Numbered from the stretch's first letter, positions 45,310 to 55,979 are shown. The stretch: 64,000 bases of DNA from Candidatus Enterocola sp. (GCA_045633865.1 JAZQZD010000021.1:2915-66914); one strand, 5' to 3'. The notes: a model not told the origin generated them from the sequence alone. Numbers and translations: made by a program.

Positions 45310-45312
45310 ATT

Positions 45313-45999
45313 ATGAAAATACCCATTCTTAATTCTTTGCTAGATTTGGTTTTCCCTAAACTTTGTGTTTGTTGTGGAGGTGTGCTTATGGAGGGAGAGG
45401 AGAATATCTGTCTCACTTGCCTTTATACGCTTCCTCGTGTGGTAGAAAAGGATTATACAGACAACAAGGTAATGGAGATATTTCTTGGTCGTGTGAGGCT
45501 AGAAAAGGCTATGTCGTGGTGTCATTTTGATAAGGAGACAAAAGTCCAAAATATTCTTCATCATATTAAGTATAAGGGTAAATCTAAATTTGCAAGTCAG
45601 ATAGGGGAGATAATGGCTCGTGAAATGCTAGATCTCTTTGCGGATATTGATGCTATAGTACCAGTCCCTTTACATCCTAAAAAGGAGAAGATGAGAGGTT
45701 ATAATCAGTCTGAGGAGATTGCCAGGGGCGTGCAAGAGGTTGTGGGTTTGCCTATATTTTCGCAGCTTATTGAGCGTACTCGTTTTAGTGAAACTCAAAC
45801 TCATAAAAACAAGGAGGAACGTTGGAAGAATGCCGTAGATCTTTTTAAACTTTCTCCAAACGATGGCTTTGAGGGTAAACATATTCTTCTTATCGACGAT
45901 GTGCTTACTACTGGTTCTACCGCCATAGCGTGCCTTAAATGCCTCGAACAAATTCCAAATGTAAAATTGAGTTTTCTTTCGTTAGCAGTAGGAAGGTAA
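45313..45999 (+). CDS. ComF family protein (phosphoribosyltransferase domain)
   Basis: N-terminal Cys4 (CVCC...CLTC) and the C-terminal PRTase motif ILLIDDVLTTGST. Confidence 0.8.
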   Translation: MKIPILNSLLDLVFPKLCVCCGGVLMEGEENICLTCLYTLPRVVEKDYTDNKVMEIFLGRVRLEKAMSWCHFDKETKVQNILHHIKYKGKSKFASQIGEIMAREMLDLFADIDAIVPVPLHPKKEKMRGYNQSEEIARGVQEVVGLPIFSQLIERTRFSETQTHKNKEERWKNAVDLFKLSPNDGFEGKHILLIDDVLTTGSTAIACLKCLEQIPNVKLSFLSLAVGR

Positions 46000-46023
46000 A
46001 GTAACTCCTAATTGATATGAACA

Positions 46024-46100
46024 TTACTCGCTACGCTCGTGAATACAGTCTGCACTCGGCATAACTTAAGCAAGCTTAGTTCTGCTCTCGTTTGAACTGT
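46024..46100 (+). repeat. MITE/REP-like element, copy 3 (right end diverged; overlaps the birA stop and last codons)
   Basis: ttactcgctacgctcgtga...ctcggcataacttaagcaagcttagttctgctctcgtttgaac. The birA stop (46076..46078) and the codons for ...REQN lie inside it. Confidence 0.75.
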
Positions 46101-46822
46101 ATTTCTTTAAACGCATATCTACGTTTGTTGCCTTCCATATCTTCGATGATAAGATGTCCGTCGTTTTCCACATCCACAATCTTGCCTAGGAATTTTCCGT
46201 TTTCGTCTACATACTCTCTTACTTGGCTATTAAATAGTAGGTTGTTGAAGTAGTTTTCACGTAGTAGCTCCACGTTGGAATACGCAAGAGAATAGACTTT
46301 GTCAAATCTTTCTAATATACTTTGTAGGAGTTCCGGTACAGATGTCTCTCGGCCTATAATGTTGAATAGTGAAATAGGGTTTGGAGCATCGCTTTTAAAT
46401 ATCTTTTGATTTACATTTAGTCCCAAACCTATAATGCAAGTACTAATGCCTGCTGAGGTAAGATTGTTTTCAATAAGAATACCTGCAATCTTGTCTTCCT
46501 TGTAGTAAATATCGTTTGGCCACTTTATGCTAAAGCCATCGGTATATGAATTAAGCACATCTACTATTGCCACAGATATAGCTTGGGATATTAGGAATTG
46601 ACTTTTGATTGGCAGACTTGTTGGGCGAAGCAAGATACTACAAAGTATGTTTTGCCCCGCTTCTGCTTCCCACACATTGGTAAGTTGTCCGCGTCCTTTC
46701 GTCTGAAAAGACGTAGAAATCACAATGCCTTCTTGTGGGTCGTCCTCCATTACCAACCTTTGCAAATATGCATTGGTAGAGTCGCACTCGTTGATATGTA
46801 TAATGTTAAATCTGCTTGTCAT
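46076..46822 (-). CDS. birA: Biotin--[acetyl-CoA-carboxylase] ligase (group I, no HTH domain)
   Basis: BPL motif QTKGRGQLTNVWEAEAG (GRGRxxRxW-like), KWPNDIY and GIGLNVNQ. Confidence 0.85.
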   Translation of the reverse strand: MTSRFNIIHINECDSTNAYLQRLVMEDDPQEGIVISTSFQTKGRGQLTNVWEAEAGQNILCSILLRPTSLPIKSQFLISQAISVAIVDVLNSYTDGFSIKWPNDIYYKEDKIAGILIENNLTSAGISTCIIGLGLNVNQKIFKSDAPNPISLFNIIGRETSVPELLQSILERFDKVYSLAYSNVELLRENYFNNLLFNSQVREYVDENGKFLGKIVDVENDGHLIIEDMEGNKRRYAFKEIQFKREQN

Positions 46823-46838
46823 TGCTTTCGCTTAATAA

Positions 46839-46846
46839 CAAAATTA
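46839..46846 (-). promoter_or_regulatory. Possible -7 box (TAATTTTG on the minus strand) for birA, partly formed by the end of repeat copy 4
   Basis: The plus strand reads caaaatta, 17 nt upstream of the birA ATG. Confidence 0.3.
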
Positions 46847-46941
46847 TTCGGGCTACGCCCTCATGATTGTTGGCTGCGCTCGGCATAACTTAAGCAAGCT
46901 TAGTTCTGCTCTCACTTGCACAACAATTCCTCACTCCTCAC
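46844..46941 (+). repeat. MITE/REP-like two-hairpin element, copy 4
   Basis: ttattcgggctacgccctcatga...ctcggcataacttaagcaagcttagttctgctctc...aattcctcactcctcac. The stop codon of the 46931..48490 gene lies in its terminal heptamers. Confidence 0.8.
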
Positions 46942-48490
46942 TAAACCTACACACCTGCGAAGCCTCGCTTTCGTTTTGCATTCGGTTCACTGCAGTTACT
47001 ATGTATTTGTAGTGAAGTGGATTCATATCTTCAGGGAAGGTATATTCAGTTTCAGAACCTACATAGATAATCTTTGTAGGGTCATATTGGTCTATTACGC
47101 TACTTTTATAGTCTATAGCATAAACTATATAATACCACGCTTTGTCGGCTTGTTTTGGAGTCTTATCTGCGTCCCAACATAGTTTAGGTTTTGAACCCAT
47201 TAGTTCGAGTCTTACATTCTCTGGTTTCACAGGGGCAGTATGACTCAATTTAGGATAATTAGGTGCGATTGCGTGGTGCTTGAAGTATGCTGTTTGCAAA
47301 CTGTCTTTATATTCATTTTTGTTTGCAAGAAGCATATCACCACTCCAAAAACAATTGCCACTAATATTCTCTGCCACTCTAGTAGGGTTCAGTTTTTTTG
47401 CGATTTGGTCTTGACTTCTGCTCACATCTTGTCCAATATACATTTGCACATCTGGTGCTTTATTTTCTTTCCACCAATTAAATAATGTGGTATAGTTTGC
47501 TGCAGGGTGACCCACTTCCCAATAAAGTTGAGGAATTATATAGTCTACCCAACCATTGTTTGCCCAAAGCTGAGTGTCGGCATATAGATTGTCGTAGTTA
47601 CTTAGTCCGTTTGTTTCACTTCCTGTTTCGTCTTGTTGCTTATTTCTATAGATGCCAAATGGGCTAACGCCAAACTTAACGTATGGTTTAATAGCCTTGA
47701 TTGTGTCAGATAGTTCTTTTACAAGTAGGTTTACATTATCTCTACGCCAACGTTCTATTTCTCCTTGTTCGTAGCCTTTATTTAAACCATACTTTTTAAA
47801 GGTGTCGTTGTCTGGAAGTTTCAGACCTTGTATTGGATATGGATAGAAATAGTCGTCCATGTGAATGCCATCTATATCATATCTTTTTACTATATCGGAA
47901 ATTACTTTCACAATATGTGCTCTACTATCTGGCACCCCAGGGTTAAACATAAGTTGGTTTCCGTATGAGAAAAACATATAGCGTTTTTCATAGTAGATAT
48001 GATGCCATACTAGTCTGTTTTTAGTCTTATTGGCATTCGCTCTATATGGGTTTACCCATGCGTGAAGTTCCATGTGGCGTTTATGACATTCTTCTGTCAT
48101 AAAATGTAATGGGTCAAAGAAAGGGTCTGGACTTTTCCCTTGTTCGCCAGTTAGGAATCTACTCCATGGCTCATATTCAGATTCGTAGAAGGCGTCAGCT
48201 TCTGGTCTTACCTGAAATATAATCACATTAATTCCCAACTTTTGATATTCATCTAGTTGTTTTCTTATATACTCTTTCCACTCGTCAGAGGAAAGGGTAG
48301 GATACACATTATTATATATAGTATGCATCCACACTCCTCTAAACTCACGTTTTGGTGCTTTGTAGGCAGATGTTACTTCCTGAATTTCCATTTGTGGAAG
48401 TTCTTCTATAAGGCTTTTCTTCTTTTTTGGTCTTGCCTCTACACCCATGCAAACAAGCGCCGCAAGTAATATAAGAAATATTCGTTTCAT
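46931..48490 (-). CDS. GHL10 (DUF187/YngK-like) family-10-like glycosyl hydrolase, secreted
   Basis: Signal peptide. EFRGVWMHTIYN...GINVIIFQVRPEADAFYESEYEPWSRFLTG...HAWVNPYRA is characteristic of the GHL10 family. The C-terminal ~100 aa is a beta-sandwich-like domain. Confidence 0.7.
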   Translation of the reverse strand: MKRIFLILLAALVCMGVEARPKKKKSLIEELPQMEIQEVTSAYKAPKREFRGVWMHTIYNNVYPTLSSDEWKEYIRKQLDEYQKLGINVIIFQVRPEADAFYESEYEPWSRFLTGEQGKSPDPFFDPLHFMTEECHKRHMELHAWVNPYRANANKTKNRLVWHHIYYEKRYMFFSYGNQLMFNPGVPDSRAHIVKVISDIVKRYDIDGIHMDDYFYPYPIQGLKLPDNDTFKKYGLNKGYEQGEIERWRRDNVNLLVKELSDTIKAIKPYVKFGVSPFGIYRNKQQDETGSETNGLSNYDNLYADTQLWANNGWVDYIIPQLYWEVGHPAANYTTLFNWWKENKAPDVQMYIGQDVSRSQDQIAKKLNPTRVAENISGNCFWSGDMLLANKNEYKDSLQTAYFKHHAIAPNYPKLSHTAPVKPENVRLELMGSKPKLCWDADKTPKQADKAWYYIVYAIDYKSSVIDQYDPTKIIYVGSETEYTFPEDMNPLHYKYIVTAVNRMQNESEASQVCRFSEE

Positions 48491-48494
48491 ATTT

Positions 48495-48527
48495 TAACTC
48501 CTAACTCCTAACTCCTAACTCCTAACT
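48495..48527 (+). repeat. Heptamer array (TAACTCC)x4.7, i.e. (AGGAGTT)n on the coding (minus) strand
   Basis: It encodes the last residues LGVRS and the TAG stop of gltX, and then the whole 17-nt spacer up to the next ATG. Confidence 0.9.
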
Positions 48528-50019
48528 GTTGCACCGCAACCTCAAGTCTTCTTAAAGTTTCTTCTTTACCAATAAACTCAGTAATGTCAAACATGTGAGG
48601 ACCTTTGCCTTCACCTACAATGCAAAGACGGAATGCATTCATCACTTGACCAGTATGTTTGCCATTATCTGCTATCCACTGCATCACTGCTTGTTCTGCA
48701 TTGTGTGCAGAGAAGTCTTCAAGGCTTGCAAGAAACTCGCCTAGTGCGCGCATATCTTCTGGTGAATTTTCTTTCCAACGTTTAGCACGTGTCTTCTCGT
48801 CGTAGCTAGTTGGTGCCACAAAGAAATAGTCACAGTTTGCCCAAAGATCTTTTACAAAGTTGCAACGAGCTTTAGTAAGTGCTACCACTTTTTCTACCTT
48901 TTCAGCGTCAGCTTTAATGCCTTTTTCTTCTAGCATTGGCATAAATGCTGCTGCGATTTCGCTATCAGATTTTTGTTGTAGGTATTCGTGGTTGAACCAT
49001 TTGCCTTTTTCATAATCAAACTTAGCACCACTTTTGCTCACGCGTTTAAGTGAAAACTCGTTGATAAGTTCTTCCATTGTGAAGAATTCTTTATCTGTTT
49101 CGCCGTGCCATCCTAGTAGTGCAAGGAAGTTTACTACTGCTTCTGGGAAGTAGCCTGCTTCTCTATAGCCAGAAGATTTGTCTCCTGTTTTAGGATCCAC
49201 CCAATCTAGTGGGAACACAGGGAAACCAAGTCTATCACCATCACGTTTGCTTAGTTTACCATTGCCGTCAGGTTTTAGTAGTAGAGGTAGGTGAGCAAAT
49301 TCAGGTCTTTCCCAACCAAAGTATTTATAAAGTAGCACGTGAAGTGGGGCAGAAGGCAACCATTCTTCGCCACGGATCACATGTGATATTTCCATTAAGT
49401 GGTCGTCCACAATGTTTGCAAGGTGGTATGTTGGTAGGTCGTCTGCAGATTTGTAAAGCACCTTGTCGTCTAGGATAGATGAGTTAATCTTCACTTCACC
49501 ACGAATAAGGTCATTTACTATAATATCTTCACCTGGTTCAATCTTTATTCTCACTACATAGTTTTCGCCGGCAGCTATCTTTGCATCGGTAGCTTCTTTG
49601 CCAAGTACTAGTGAGTTGTTCATCATCATACGAGTTTTGGCATCGTATTGGAAGTTTGCAATTTCAGCACGTTTAGCCTCAAGTTCTGCAGGGGTGTCAA
49701 ATGCAATATATGCAAGGTCTTTGTCTAAAAGTTCTTTTACATAACCTCTATAAATATCTCTTCTTTCACTTTGTCTGCAGGTAGCTACTCCGTTTTCAAT
49801 ACCTTCGTCGAAACGAATGCCTAGCCATTCAAGTGATTCAATAATATATTTTTCTGCCCCTGGCACAAAGCGGGTAGAGTCTGTATCTTCTATACGAAGA
49901 ATCATTTTACCACCGTTTTGTTTTGCAAACAGATAATTGTATAATGCTGTACGTACGCCCCCTATGTGTAGAGCTCCTGTTGGACTTGGTGCAAATCGCA
50001 CTCTAACTTCTTTCATCAT
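48508..50019 (-). CDS. gltX: Glutamate--tRNA ligase
   Basis: [14 protein letters not shown] (HIGH) and KLSKR (KMSKS). Full-length GltX similarity. Confidence 0.95.
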   Translation of the reverse strand: MMKEVRVRFAPSPTGALHIGGVRTALYNYLFAKQNGGKMILRIEDTDSTRFVPGAEKYIIESLEWLGIRFDEGIENGVATCRQSERRDIYRGYVKELLDKDLAYIAFDTPAELEAKRAEIANFQYDAKTRMMMNNSLVLGKEATDAKIAAGENYVVRIKIEPGEDIIVNDLIRGEVKINSSILDDKVLYKSADDLPTYHLANIVDDHLMEISHVIRGEEWLPSAPLHVLLYKYFGWERPEFAHLPLLLKPDGNGKLSKRDGDRLGFPVFPLDWVDPKTGDKSSGYREAGYFPEAVVNFLALLGWHGETDKEFFTMEELINEFSLKRVSKSGAKFDYEKGKWFNHEYLQQKSDSEIAAAFMPMLEEKGIKADAEKVEKVVALTKARCNFVKDLWANCDYFFVAPTSYDEKTRAKRWKENSPEDMRALGEFLASLEDFSAHNAEQAVMQWIADNGKHTGQVMNAFRLCIVGEGKGPHMFDITEFIGKEETLRRLEVAVQQLGVRS

Positions 50020-51824
50020 AAAAATTTATTTTCTATTTCGTTATTATTTATTATCACTGATATTTTTTTACCCTGAGTGGTATAGATTTGGTTTTCACAT
50101 TTAGAAAGTTTTTCTATCAAACCTCTCATTTGAGATTCACTTAGGGTCGTGCCCCCTTTAATAGCTTTTCTTTCTGCTATCTTGAGTGCTAAGTTTTTCT
50201 TAATCTCTGTCTTTACATCTTTTTCATCCATACACATGGTAATGAAATCCTCTAGTAGTGCTTCTGCACTAATATTGTTCATACTATTTGGTACGGCTGT
50301 AATTTGGTAACTGTGTTTCCCAAAACTTTCAAATGTAAATCCTACCTCTTCTAGTTCTTCTTTAATCTCGTTGAAGATTAGGTCTTCTTTTGTATCTAGT
50401 TCCACTGCTTCTGGGAATAGTAAAGGTTGGCTATGCACTTCTAATAGTTCAAGTTCTTTAAGAGTGTCTTCAAAGTTTATTTGCAGACTAGCCCTGTATT
50501 GATCTACCACTTTTATTCCTTCACGAACAGGCAAAATTATGAATTTATTTTCAGATTGCATCACGTGAAGGCTGCTAAAGTCTTCTACTATTTCCAATTT
50601 CGACCATGAACTTTCTGCCTTACTTTCCTTTACTTCTCTTGCTGCATTATAAAGAGTTTCCCAATTTTGTGCAGGTCTATTTGAGCTAAAGGTCTTTTCA
50701 GAATGTGTGTGAAATGGATTATAATTTGGATTATAACTTACTTTTGGTGGAGCAACATATTCCATTGGTTTGCCTGTAAAGGCTGGAATATCTGGTGCAT
50801 CTTCTTGGTCGAAGTCGATACTTGGCACAGAGTTCGATTTGCCTAGTGCTTCTTTCACCGTTGCCGAAAGAATAGGGAAGATAGATTTCTCGTCTTCAAA
50901 CTTTACCTCTGTTTTAGTAGGATGAATATTCACATCAATCTTATCTGCATCCATTTCAAAGAAGATAAAGTATGCAGGTTTCACATCTGGCATAAGTAGT
51001 TTGTCGTAAGACATACTTATTGCCTTATGGAAATATGGATGTTGAATATACCTATTATTAACAAAAAAGAATTGTGGACAATTTCTCTTAAGTGCTGCTT
51101 CTGGTGTGCCAATGTATCCAGAAATCTTGCCCAATGTCGTCTCTATAGAAATAGGTAATAGTTTTTGATTCCATTTCAACCCAAATAGTGAACAAATGCG
51201 TTGCAATCTGTTTTCTTTTGGCAGATTGAATACTGTTTTGTCATTATGCACTAAAGTAAAAGCTATCTGTGGATGAGCAAGTGTGATTTGTTCAAACACA
51301 GAAACTATATGCCTAAACTCAGTATCGTTTGGTTTAAGGAACTTCCTACGCGCGGGTACATTATAAAATATGTCTCTTACAGTAATGTCTGTACCTTTTG
51401 GGCATTGTATGCACTCTTGACAAACTAAGTCGGCTGCAGTATATTCCACTCGTGTGCCTAGTGTGTCTTCTTCTCTTCTGGTTCTCACCTCTACAAATGC
51501 CACAGCTGAGATAGAAGCAAGTGCTTCCCCTCTAAAGCCCATAGTGGAAAGAGAAAACAGATCATTTACATCTGCTATCTTCGATGTGGCGTGTGGCTGA
51601 AATGCCATTACAGCGTCGTCGGCAGACATACCTTTCCCATTATCTATTATTCTAATGGAAGTCCTGCCTGCTTCTTTAATGTAAATATCAATTTTTGTAG
51701 CACCTGCGTCTATAGAGTTTTCCACAAGTTCCTTCACCACAGAAGATGGTCGTTGTACCACCTCTCCCGCAGCAATTTGGTTTGATACTACTTCAGGTAA
51801 TATGTGTATTATATTTTCAGACAT
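50016..51824 (-). CDS. mutL: DNA mismatch repair protein MutL
   Basis: GHKL ATPase N-terminus ([40 protein letters not shown]). Its stop overlaps the gltX start (ATGA). Confidence 0.95.
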   Translation of the reverse strand: MSENIIHILPEVVSNQIAAGEVVQRPSSVVKELVENSIDAGATKIDIYIKEAGRTSIRIIDNGKGMSADDAVMAFQPHATSKIADVNDLFSLSTMGFRGEALASISAVAFVEVRTRREEDTLGTRVEYTAADLVCQECIQCPKGTDITVRDIFYNVPARRKFLKPNDTEFRHIVSVFEQITLAHPQIAFTLVHNDKTVFNLPKENRLQRICSLFGLKWNQKLLPISIETTLGKISGYIGTPEAALKRNCPQFFFVNNRYIQHPYFHKAISMSYDKLLMPDVKPAYFIFFEMDADKIDVNIHPTKTEVKFEDEKSIFPILSATVKEALGKSNSVPSIDFDQEDAPDIPAFTGKPMEYVAPPKVSYNPNYNPFHTHSEKTFSSNRPAQNWETLYNAAREVKESKAESSWSKLEIVEDFSSLHVMQSENKFIILPVREGIKVVDQYRASLQINFEDTLKELELLEVHSQPLLFPEAVELDTKEDLIFNEIKEELEEVGFTFESFGKHSYQITAVPNSMNNISAEALLEDFITMCMDEKDVKTEIKKNLALKIAERKAIKGGTTLSESQMRGLIEKLSKCENQIYTTQGKKISVIINNNEIENKFL

Positions 51825-52095
51825 AATTTATAAATAGGTAAGCACCCACTATAATAATACCTATAATGATACCTAGTCTCATTTTTGAGCTTTTGTCGGC
51901 TCTTGTATCTTCTAGACTTTCTCTAAACTTGCCACGAATAGAATCTTCAAAAGAGTGCTTTCTTTTACTCTCGTACTCCATTTCTAGTTCTTTACGCACT
52001 CTCTCCTCCGACTGTTGAAGCCTTTCTTTATGCTCGTCGTAATATCTAGGTTTTAGATTAAACTGACGTGGTTTTCTTAATTTAAATAATCCCAT
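51817..52095 (-). CDS. Hypothetical small tail-anchored membrane protein
   Basis: 92-aa ORF with a charged N-terminal part and a single C-terminal TM segment ([19 protein letters not shown]). It overlaps the mutL start by 8 nt, which suggests coupling. Confidence 0.4.
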   Translation of the reverse strand: MGLFKLRKPRQFNLKPRYYDEHKERLQQSEERVRKELEMEYESKRKHSFEDSIRGKFRESLEDTRADKSSKMRLGIIIGIIIVGAYLFINYV

Positions 52096-52116
52096 AAATT
52101 TTAATTTATTTGAATA

Positions 52117-52205
52117 TTACGTAATGCTTTCGCATTACGTGATTACAGGCGTCGCTCGGCAATGCTTAAGCAAGCTTATCATTGCTCTCACTAGCACTGT
52201 AATTC
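52117..52205 (+). repeat. MITE/REP-like two-hairpin element, copy 5
   Basis: ttacgtaatgctttcgcattacgtga (9-bp hairpin)...ctcggcaatgcttaagcaagcttatcattgctctc...aattc. The xth stop and last codons (...LQC*) lie inside it. Confidence 0.8.
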
Positions 52206-52955
52206 TACATAAATCGGGCAGTGGTCTGAATGCACCACGTGTTGCCAGATTTCTGCTTTCACAAGTTTGTCTCTTAATGGCTCAGATGCCATGTGATAGT
52301 CTATTCTCCAACCTGCATTTCTGCTTCTAGAGTTAAATCTATAGCTCCACCAACTATATTGTTCAGCACGGTCATCGAACACCCTAAAGGTGTCAATCAT
52401 TCCACTTTCAAGAAACTCAGTTACCCAATCGCGTTCCTCTGGCAAGAAACCAGACACACCCTTTTGTCTCTCAGGGTGATTAATATCTATAGGTGTGTGA
52501 GCTATATTGTAGTCTCCACACACTAGGATATTAGGTCTTTCTTTTCTTAGTTCATCAATAAAGACTTTGAAGTCTGCAAGAAACTCCATCTTAAATGCTT
52601 GACGTTCGTCGCCAGATGTGCCCGAAGGAATATACACACATATAAGAGTAAAATCGCCATAGTCTGCTCTTATCACTCTACCTTCTGAGTCGTACTTAGC
52701 ATTTCCCATGCCGTAAACTACATTGTCAGGTTTCACCTTAGTAAATATAGCCACTCCACTATAACCCTTTTTCTCCGCACAAGTATAATAGCAGTTAAAC
52801 CCAAGTTCCTCAAAAGCCTTTGTGTCTATTTGGTCGGCTTGTGCCTTGGTCTCTTGTAGGCAAAGCACATCAATATCAGTTTCACCCACCCAAGAAATAA
52901 GGCCTTTGCCAATAGCCGCTCTAATGCCGTTTACGTTATAAGAAACTATTTTCAT
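52191..52955 (-). CDS. xth: Exodeoxyribonuclease III
   Basis: EEP-family motifs: SYNVNGIRA, LCLQETK, GDYNIAH, SDHCP. Confidence 0.93.
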   Translation of the reverse strand: MKIVSYNVNGIRAAIGKGLISWVGETDIDVLCLQETKAQADQIDTKAFEELGFNCYYTCAEKKGYSGVAIFTKVKPDNVVYGMGNAKYDSEGRVIRADYGDFTLICVYIPSGTSGDERQAFKMEFLADFKVFIDELRKERPNILVCGDYNIAHTPIDINHPERQKGVSGFLPEERDWVTEFLESGMIDTFRVFDDRAEQYSWWSYRFNSRSRNAGWRIDYHMASEPLRDKLVKAEIWQHVVHSDHCPIYVELQC

Positions 52956-53713
52956 TTTTTTGTTTGATTTTCTTTTACCTTTTTAAATAGTTCAGATGCG
53001 AAAACTAGATTGTCTAGGTTTTCGTTGTTTGAAGTAAAGATAGTATCCTTGCTACCTTCCCAACCTTTCTCACCTTTATGAATGAAAAGGATTTTGTCTC
53101 CAATCTCCATCACAGAGTTCATATCGTGAGTGTTCACAATAGTAGTAATATTGTTTTCACGAGTAATCTCTTGTATAAGTTGGTCTATAGTAAGAGAAGT
53201 CTTAGGATCTAGACCAGAGTTTGGCTCGTCGCAGAAAAGGTAGGTAGGTTCAAGCACAATAGCACGAGCAATAGCCGCACGTTTTTGCATACCACCACTT
53301 ATCTCAGAAGGGAATAGTTTTGCAGCATGAGAAAGTCCCACGCGGTCCAAACAAAATGCCACACGTTTTTCCCATTCTTTTCTTGTTTTGTCAGAAAACA
53401 TCTCTAGTGGGAAACGCACATTTTCTTCCACAGTCATAGAGTCGAATAGGGCAGAACCTTGGAAAAGCATACCAATTTCTTGTCTTAAAAGAGCAGTTTC
53501 TTTATTAGACATTTTAGTGAAATCTCTTCCGTTGTATAGAATTTGACCTTTATCCACTTGGTGAATACCAATCACGCTTTTCATTAGCACTGTCTTACCA
53601 GAACCACTTTGACCAATGATAAGGTTGGTTTTGCCTGCCTCAAAGGTAAAAGAAATGTCTTTAAGCACTTCTTTACCATTAAATGATTTATATACGTTGC
53701 GAACTTCTATCAT
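52952..53713 (-). CDS. ABC transporter ATP-binding protein (MlaF-like)
   Basis: Walker A GQSGSGKT, signature ISGGMQKR, Walker B LFCDEPNSGLDP. It is paired with a MlaE-like permease. Confidence 0.8.
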   Translation of the reverse strand: MIEVRNVYKSFNGKEVLKDISFTFEAGKTNLIIGQSGSGKTVLMKSVIGIHQVDKGQILYNGRDFTKMSNKETALLRQEIGMLFQGSALFDSMTVEENVRFPLEMFSDKTRKEWEKRVAFCLDRVGLSHAAKLFPSEISGGMQKRAAIARAIVLEPTYLFCDEPNSGLDPKTSLTIDQLIQEITRENNITTIVNTHDMNSVMEIGDKILFIHKGEKGWEGSKDTIFTSNNENLDNLVFASELFKKVKENQTKK

Positions 53714-54447
53714 ACCAATAAAATATCAGTTAATAATACATTAAGTAGTAGGATAATGATACTACTATTTACCACAGCATTTGTACTTGCTTTACCCACG
53801 TCTAGTGCGCCGCCGTATGCATAATATCCATAGTAAGACGAAACCGACGAAATCACAAATGCAAAGAAAAGTGACTTAATAATAGAATATGTTACGTAGA
53901 AAGGTTCAAATGCGTATTGAATACCGATTACATATTTTGAAGGAGAGATAATTCCAGAGAATGAAATTAAATATCCACCCAAAATACCAACAAACATACT
54001 AAATACTACTAGCACAGGCATAATGGTAACAAGACCTAAAATCTTAGGTAAGATTAAATAGTTTGGAGCATTCACACCCATAATTTTTAGAGCATCGATT
54101 TGCTCGGTGATACGCATTGTGCCAATCTCAGATGCAATATTAGAACCTACTTTACCAGCCAAAATTAAACAAAGGATGGTAGATGAGAATTCCAAAAGAA
54201 GTGTATCACGAGTAGTAAGACCAGTTACATAGTCTGGAAGCAAAGGGTTTTCTGTGTTAAGCACCATTTGCATGGTAATCACCGCCCCAATAAAGAATGA
54301 GATAATAATAACGATACCCAATGAATCGATACCCAATTTCTCCACCTCTTTCACATATTGTTTGCCTAGCAAACGCCATCTTTGTGGAAGTTTAAACACT
54401 CTTTGCATAAGCAACGAGTATCTTCCTACGTGTTCTATTATATTCAT
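53710..54447 (-). CDS. MlaE-family ABC transporter permease
   Basis: ~245 aa polytopic protein with the MlaE pattern (GAVITMQ...AGKVGSNIASEIGTMRITEQIDAL..MG). Confidence 0.8.
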   Translation of the reverse strand: MNIIEHVGRYSLLMQRVFKLPQRWRLLGKQYVKEVEKLGIDSLGIVIIISFFIGAVITMQMVLNTENPLLPDYVTGLTTRDTLLLEFSSTILCLILAGKVGSNIASEIGTMRITEQIDALKIMGVNAPNYLILPKILGLVTIMPVLVVFSMFVGILGGYLISFSGIISPSKYVIGIQYAFEPFYVTYSIIKSLFFAFVISSVSSYYGYYAYGGALDVGKASTNAVVNSSIIILLLNVLLTDILLV

Positions 54448-54468
54448 AATTTAAGTATTATATTCTAA

Positions 54469-55977
54469 TTAAAACTTATAAAATCTTTCTGTAGTGAAAC
54501 TTCCATTTTTATGGTCAACAACCAAAATATAACAACCATTGCTTAAATTTGGCATCTCCTCATTAGGTTTCAAAGAACCATAGTTTCTACCACTAATATC
54601 AAAAATGTTAATTCTTAAAGCAGTATCCCAAATCTCAGGATTAATTTGACCTGCACTCAATGCAGAAATTGTCTTCTCTGTATTAGTATCTTCTATATCT
54701 GTACTAAAAGAGTTACTTTTAGTGTAAACATAAGCAGAAATATTACATTTAAAAATTTCTTCAGTGGCATCCTTACCCATTGGTTCCCATTCTCCATCAG
54801 AGAAGAACCATTGATTGTCGTGTAAAACAATACCTTCATTGTAATTCTCTTTTATAAACTCAACAGGAACAGCGAATTCATATTCAGCGGTGAATATCAT
54901 TTCAACAAATATAGGTTCACCTTTAGATACTACTGGAGTCGTTAATTTATGAAGGTGCATGCCAGGATATTTGATAGTTTCCTCTTCACCTACGTAAAAA
55001 GGAGTCACTTCTCCATTTGTACCTCTCACTACTATTCTAAGTTTGGTATTAGGATGAGGAATATAAGTTGCTATATATTCTATACTTTCATCTTTTTCTA
55101 TTTCATATGCTATTAAAACAGTAGTAGGTTCATTTGCTTCAAACCCAATTCTAGCATTACTATTAGATTTAGAATATGTATAAACATTATCTATCTTGTC
55201 AGTAGAAATGAAACCATTGAATGATGTACATCTTTTATCTATTTCGGTGTCTTTATAACTAACCCAGAAATAACCCTTATCACCCCATTGTTCTCCCCAA
55301 GTATTTCTTACTAACCATGCTCCTTTGCTATCATCCCAACCTATTATGCTAATAGCATGATTGGAAACATCTTCATCCTCACTTCCAATAAATTCATAAA
55401 AGTAGGTGTCCTTATTGTAAAATGTATTATTGAAATACATAGATGCAAATACAGAACCATATTCCATGATAGCTTCCTTAATCGCTATTTTATCATCTTT
55501 TGGTAAATCGCTAGTTTCTATAATATAAGCATGAATATCCTCTACAGAATAATTAGGACAATCGTTATTCCCTTCTTCTATCTCTCCAGTCGCTTTCAAA
55601 TATACAGGAGTTTTCAGCATATTATTTATTGCAGAAACAATGGCTTCATTTCCTCCTGATTGAATATTGATACCTTTGAAACCAAGTTCTTTTGCACAAT
55701 TTACATAAACTACAGGAGAAAGATAACCACTTTCAGAACCATTTTTATAAAATAAAGATTGAGAAACGTCACATGCAGTATATGCCCAACAGGTATTTGT
55801 TTGCCCTTGGTCTCTTGCAGGTAGCATTATATTCAAATCCCTTGAATCGTATTCAGAAGGCAAAGTTGACCTCTTATGCGTTACACTATACTTGTGAAAA
55901 TCAAAGGGAGCAGGAGTATAAGAATATATTCCCATGCAATAAATAAGTCCAATTAATAGCAATAATTTCTTTTTCAT
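54469..55977 (-). CDS. Papain-like (C1 family) cysteine peptidase with a T9SS C-terminal sorting domain
   Basis: Catalytic Cys context QGQTNTCWAYTA, His NHAISIIGWDD, and NTWGEQWGDKGYFWVSY. C-terminus ...INIFDISGRNYG...LSNGCYILVVDHKNGSFTTERFYKF. Confidence 0.85.
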   Translation of the reverse strand: MKKKLLLLIGLIYCMGIYSYTPAPFDFHKYSVTHKRSTLPSEYDSRDLNIMLPARDQGQTNTCWAYTACDVSQSLFYKNGSESGYLSPVVYVNCAKELGFKGINIQSGGNEAIVSAINNMLKTPVYLKATGEIEEGNNDCPNYSVEDIHAYIIETSDLPKDDKIAIKEAIMEYGSVFASMYFNNTFYNKDTYFYEFIGSEDEDVSNHAISIIGWDDSKGAWLVRNTWGEQWGDKGYFWVSYKDTEIDKRCTSFNGFISTDKIDNVYTYSKSNSNARIGFEANEPTTVLIAYEIEKDESIEYIATYIPHPNTKLRIVVRGTNGEVTPFYVGEEETIKYPGMHLHKLTTPVVSKGEPIFVEMIFTAEYEFAVPVEFIKENYNEGIVLHDNQWFFSDGEWEPMGKDATEEIFKCNISAYVYTKSNSFSTDIEDTNTEKTISALSAGQINPEIWDTALRINIFDISGRNYGSLKPNEEMPNLSNGCYILVVDHKNGSFTTERFYKF

Positions 55978-55979
55978 AG

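Noticed and set aside
50016-50019. 4-nt ATGA overlaps linking functionally unrelated genes (mutL/gltX and mlaF-like/xth), and the long minus-strand gene train from 58040 to 46931.
   Set aside because: Compact overlaps of this kind are common in bacterial operons and do not by themselves indicate a functional system.
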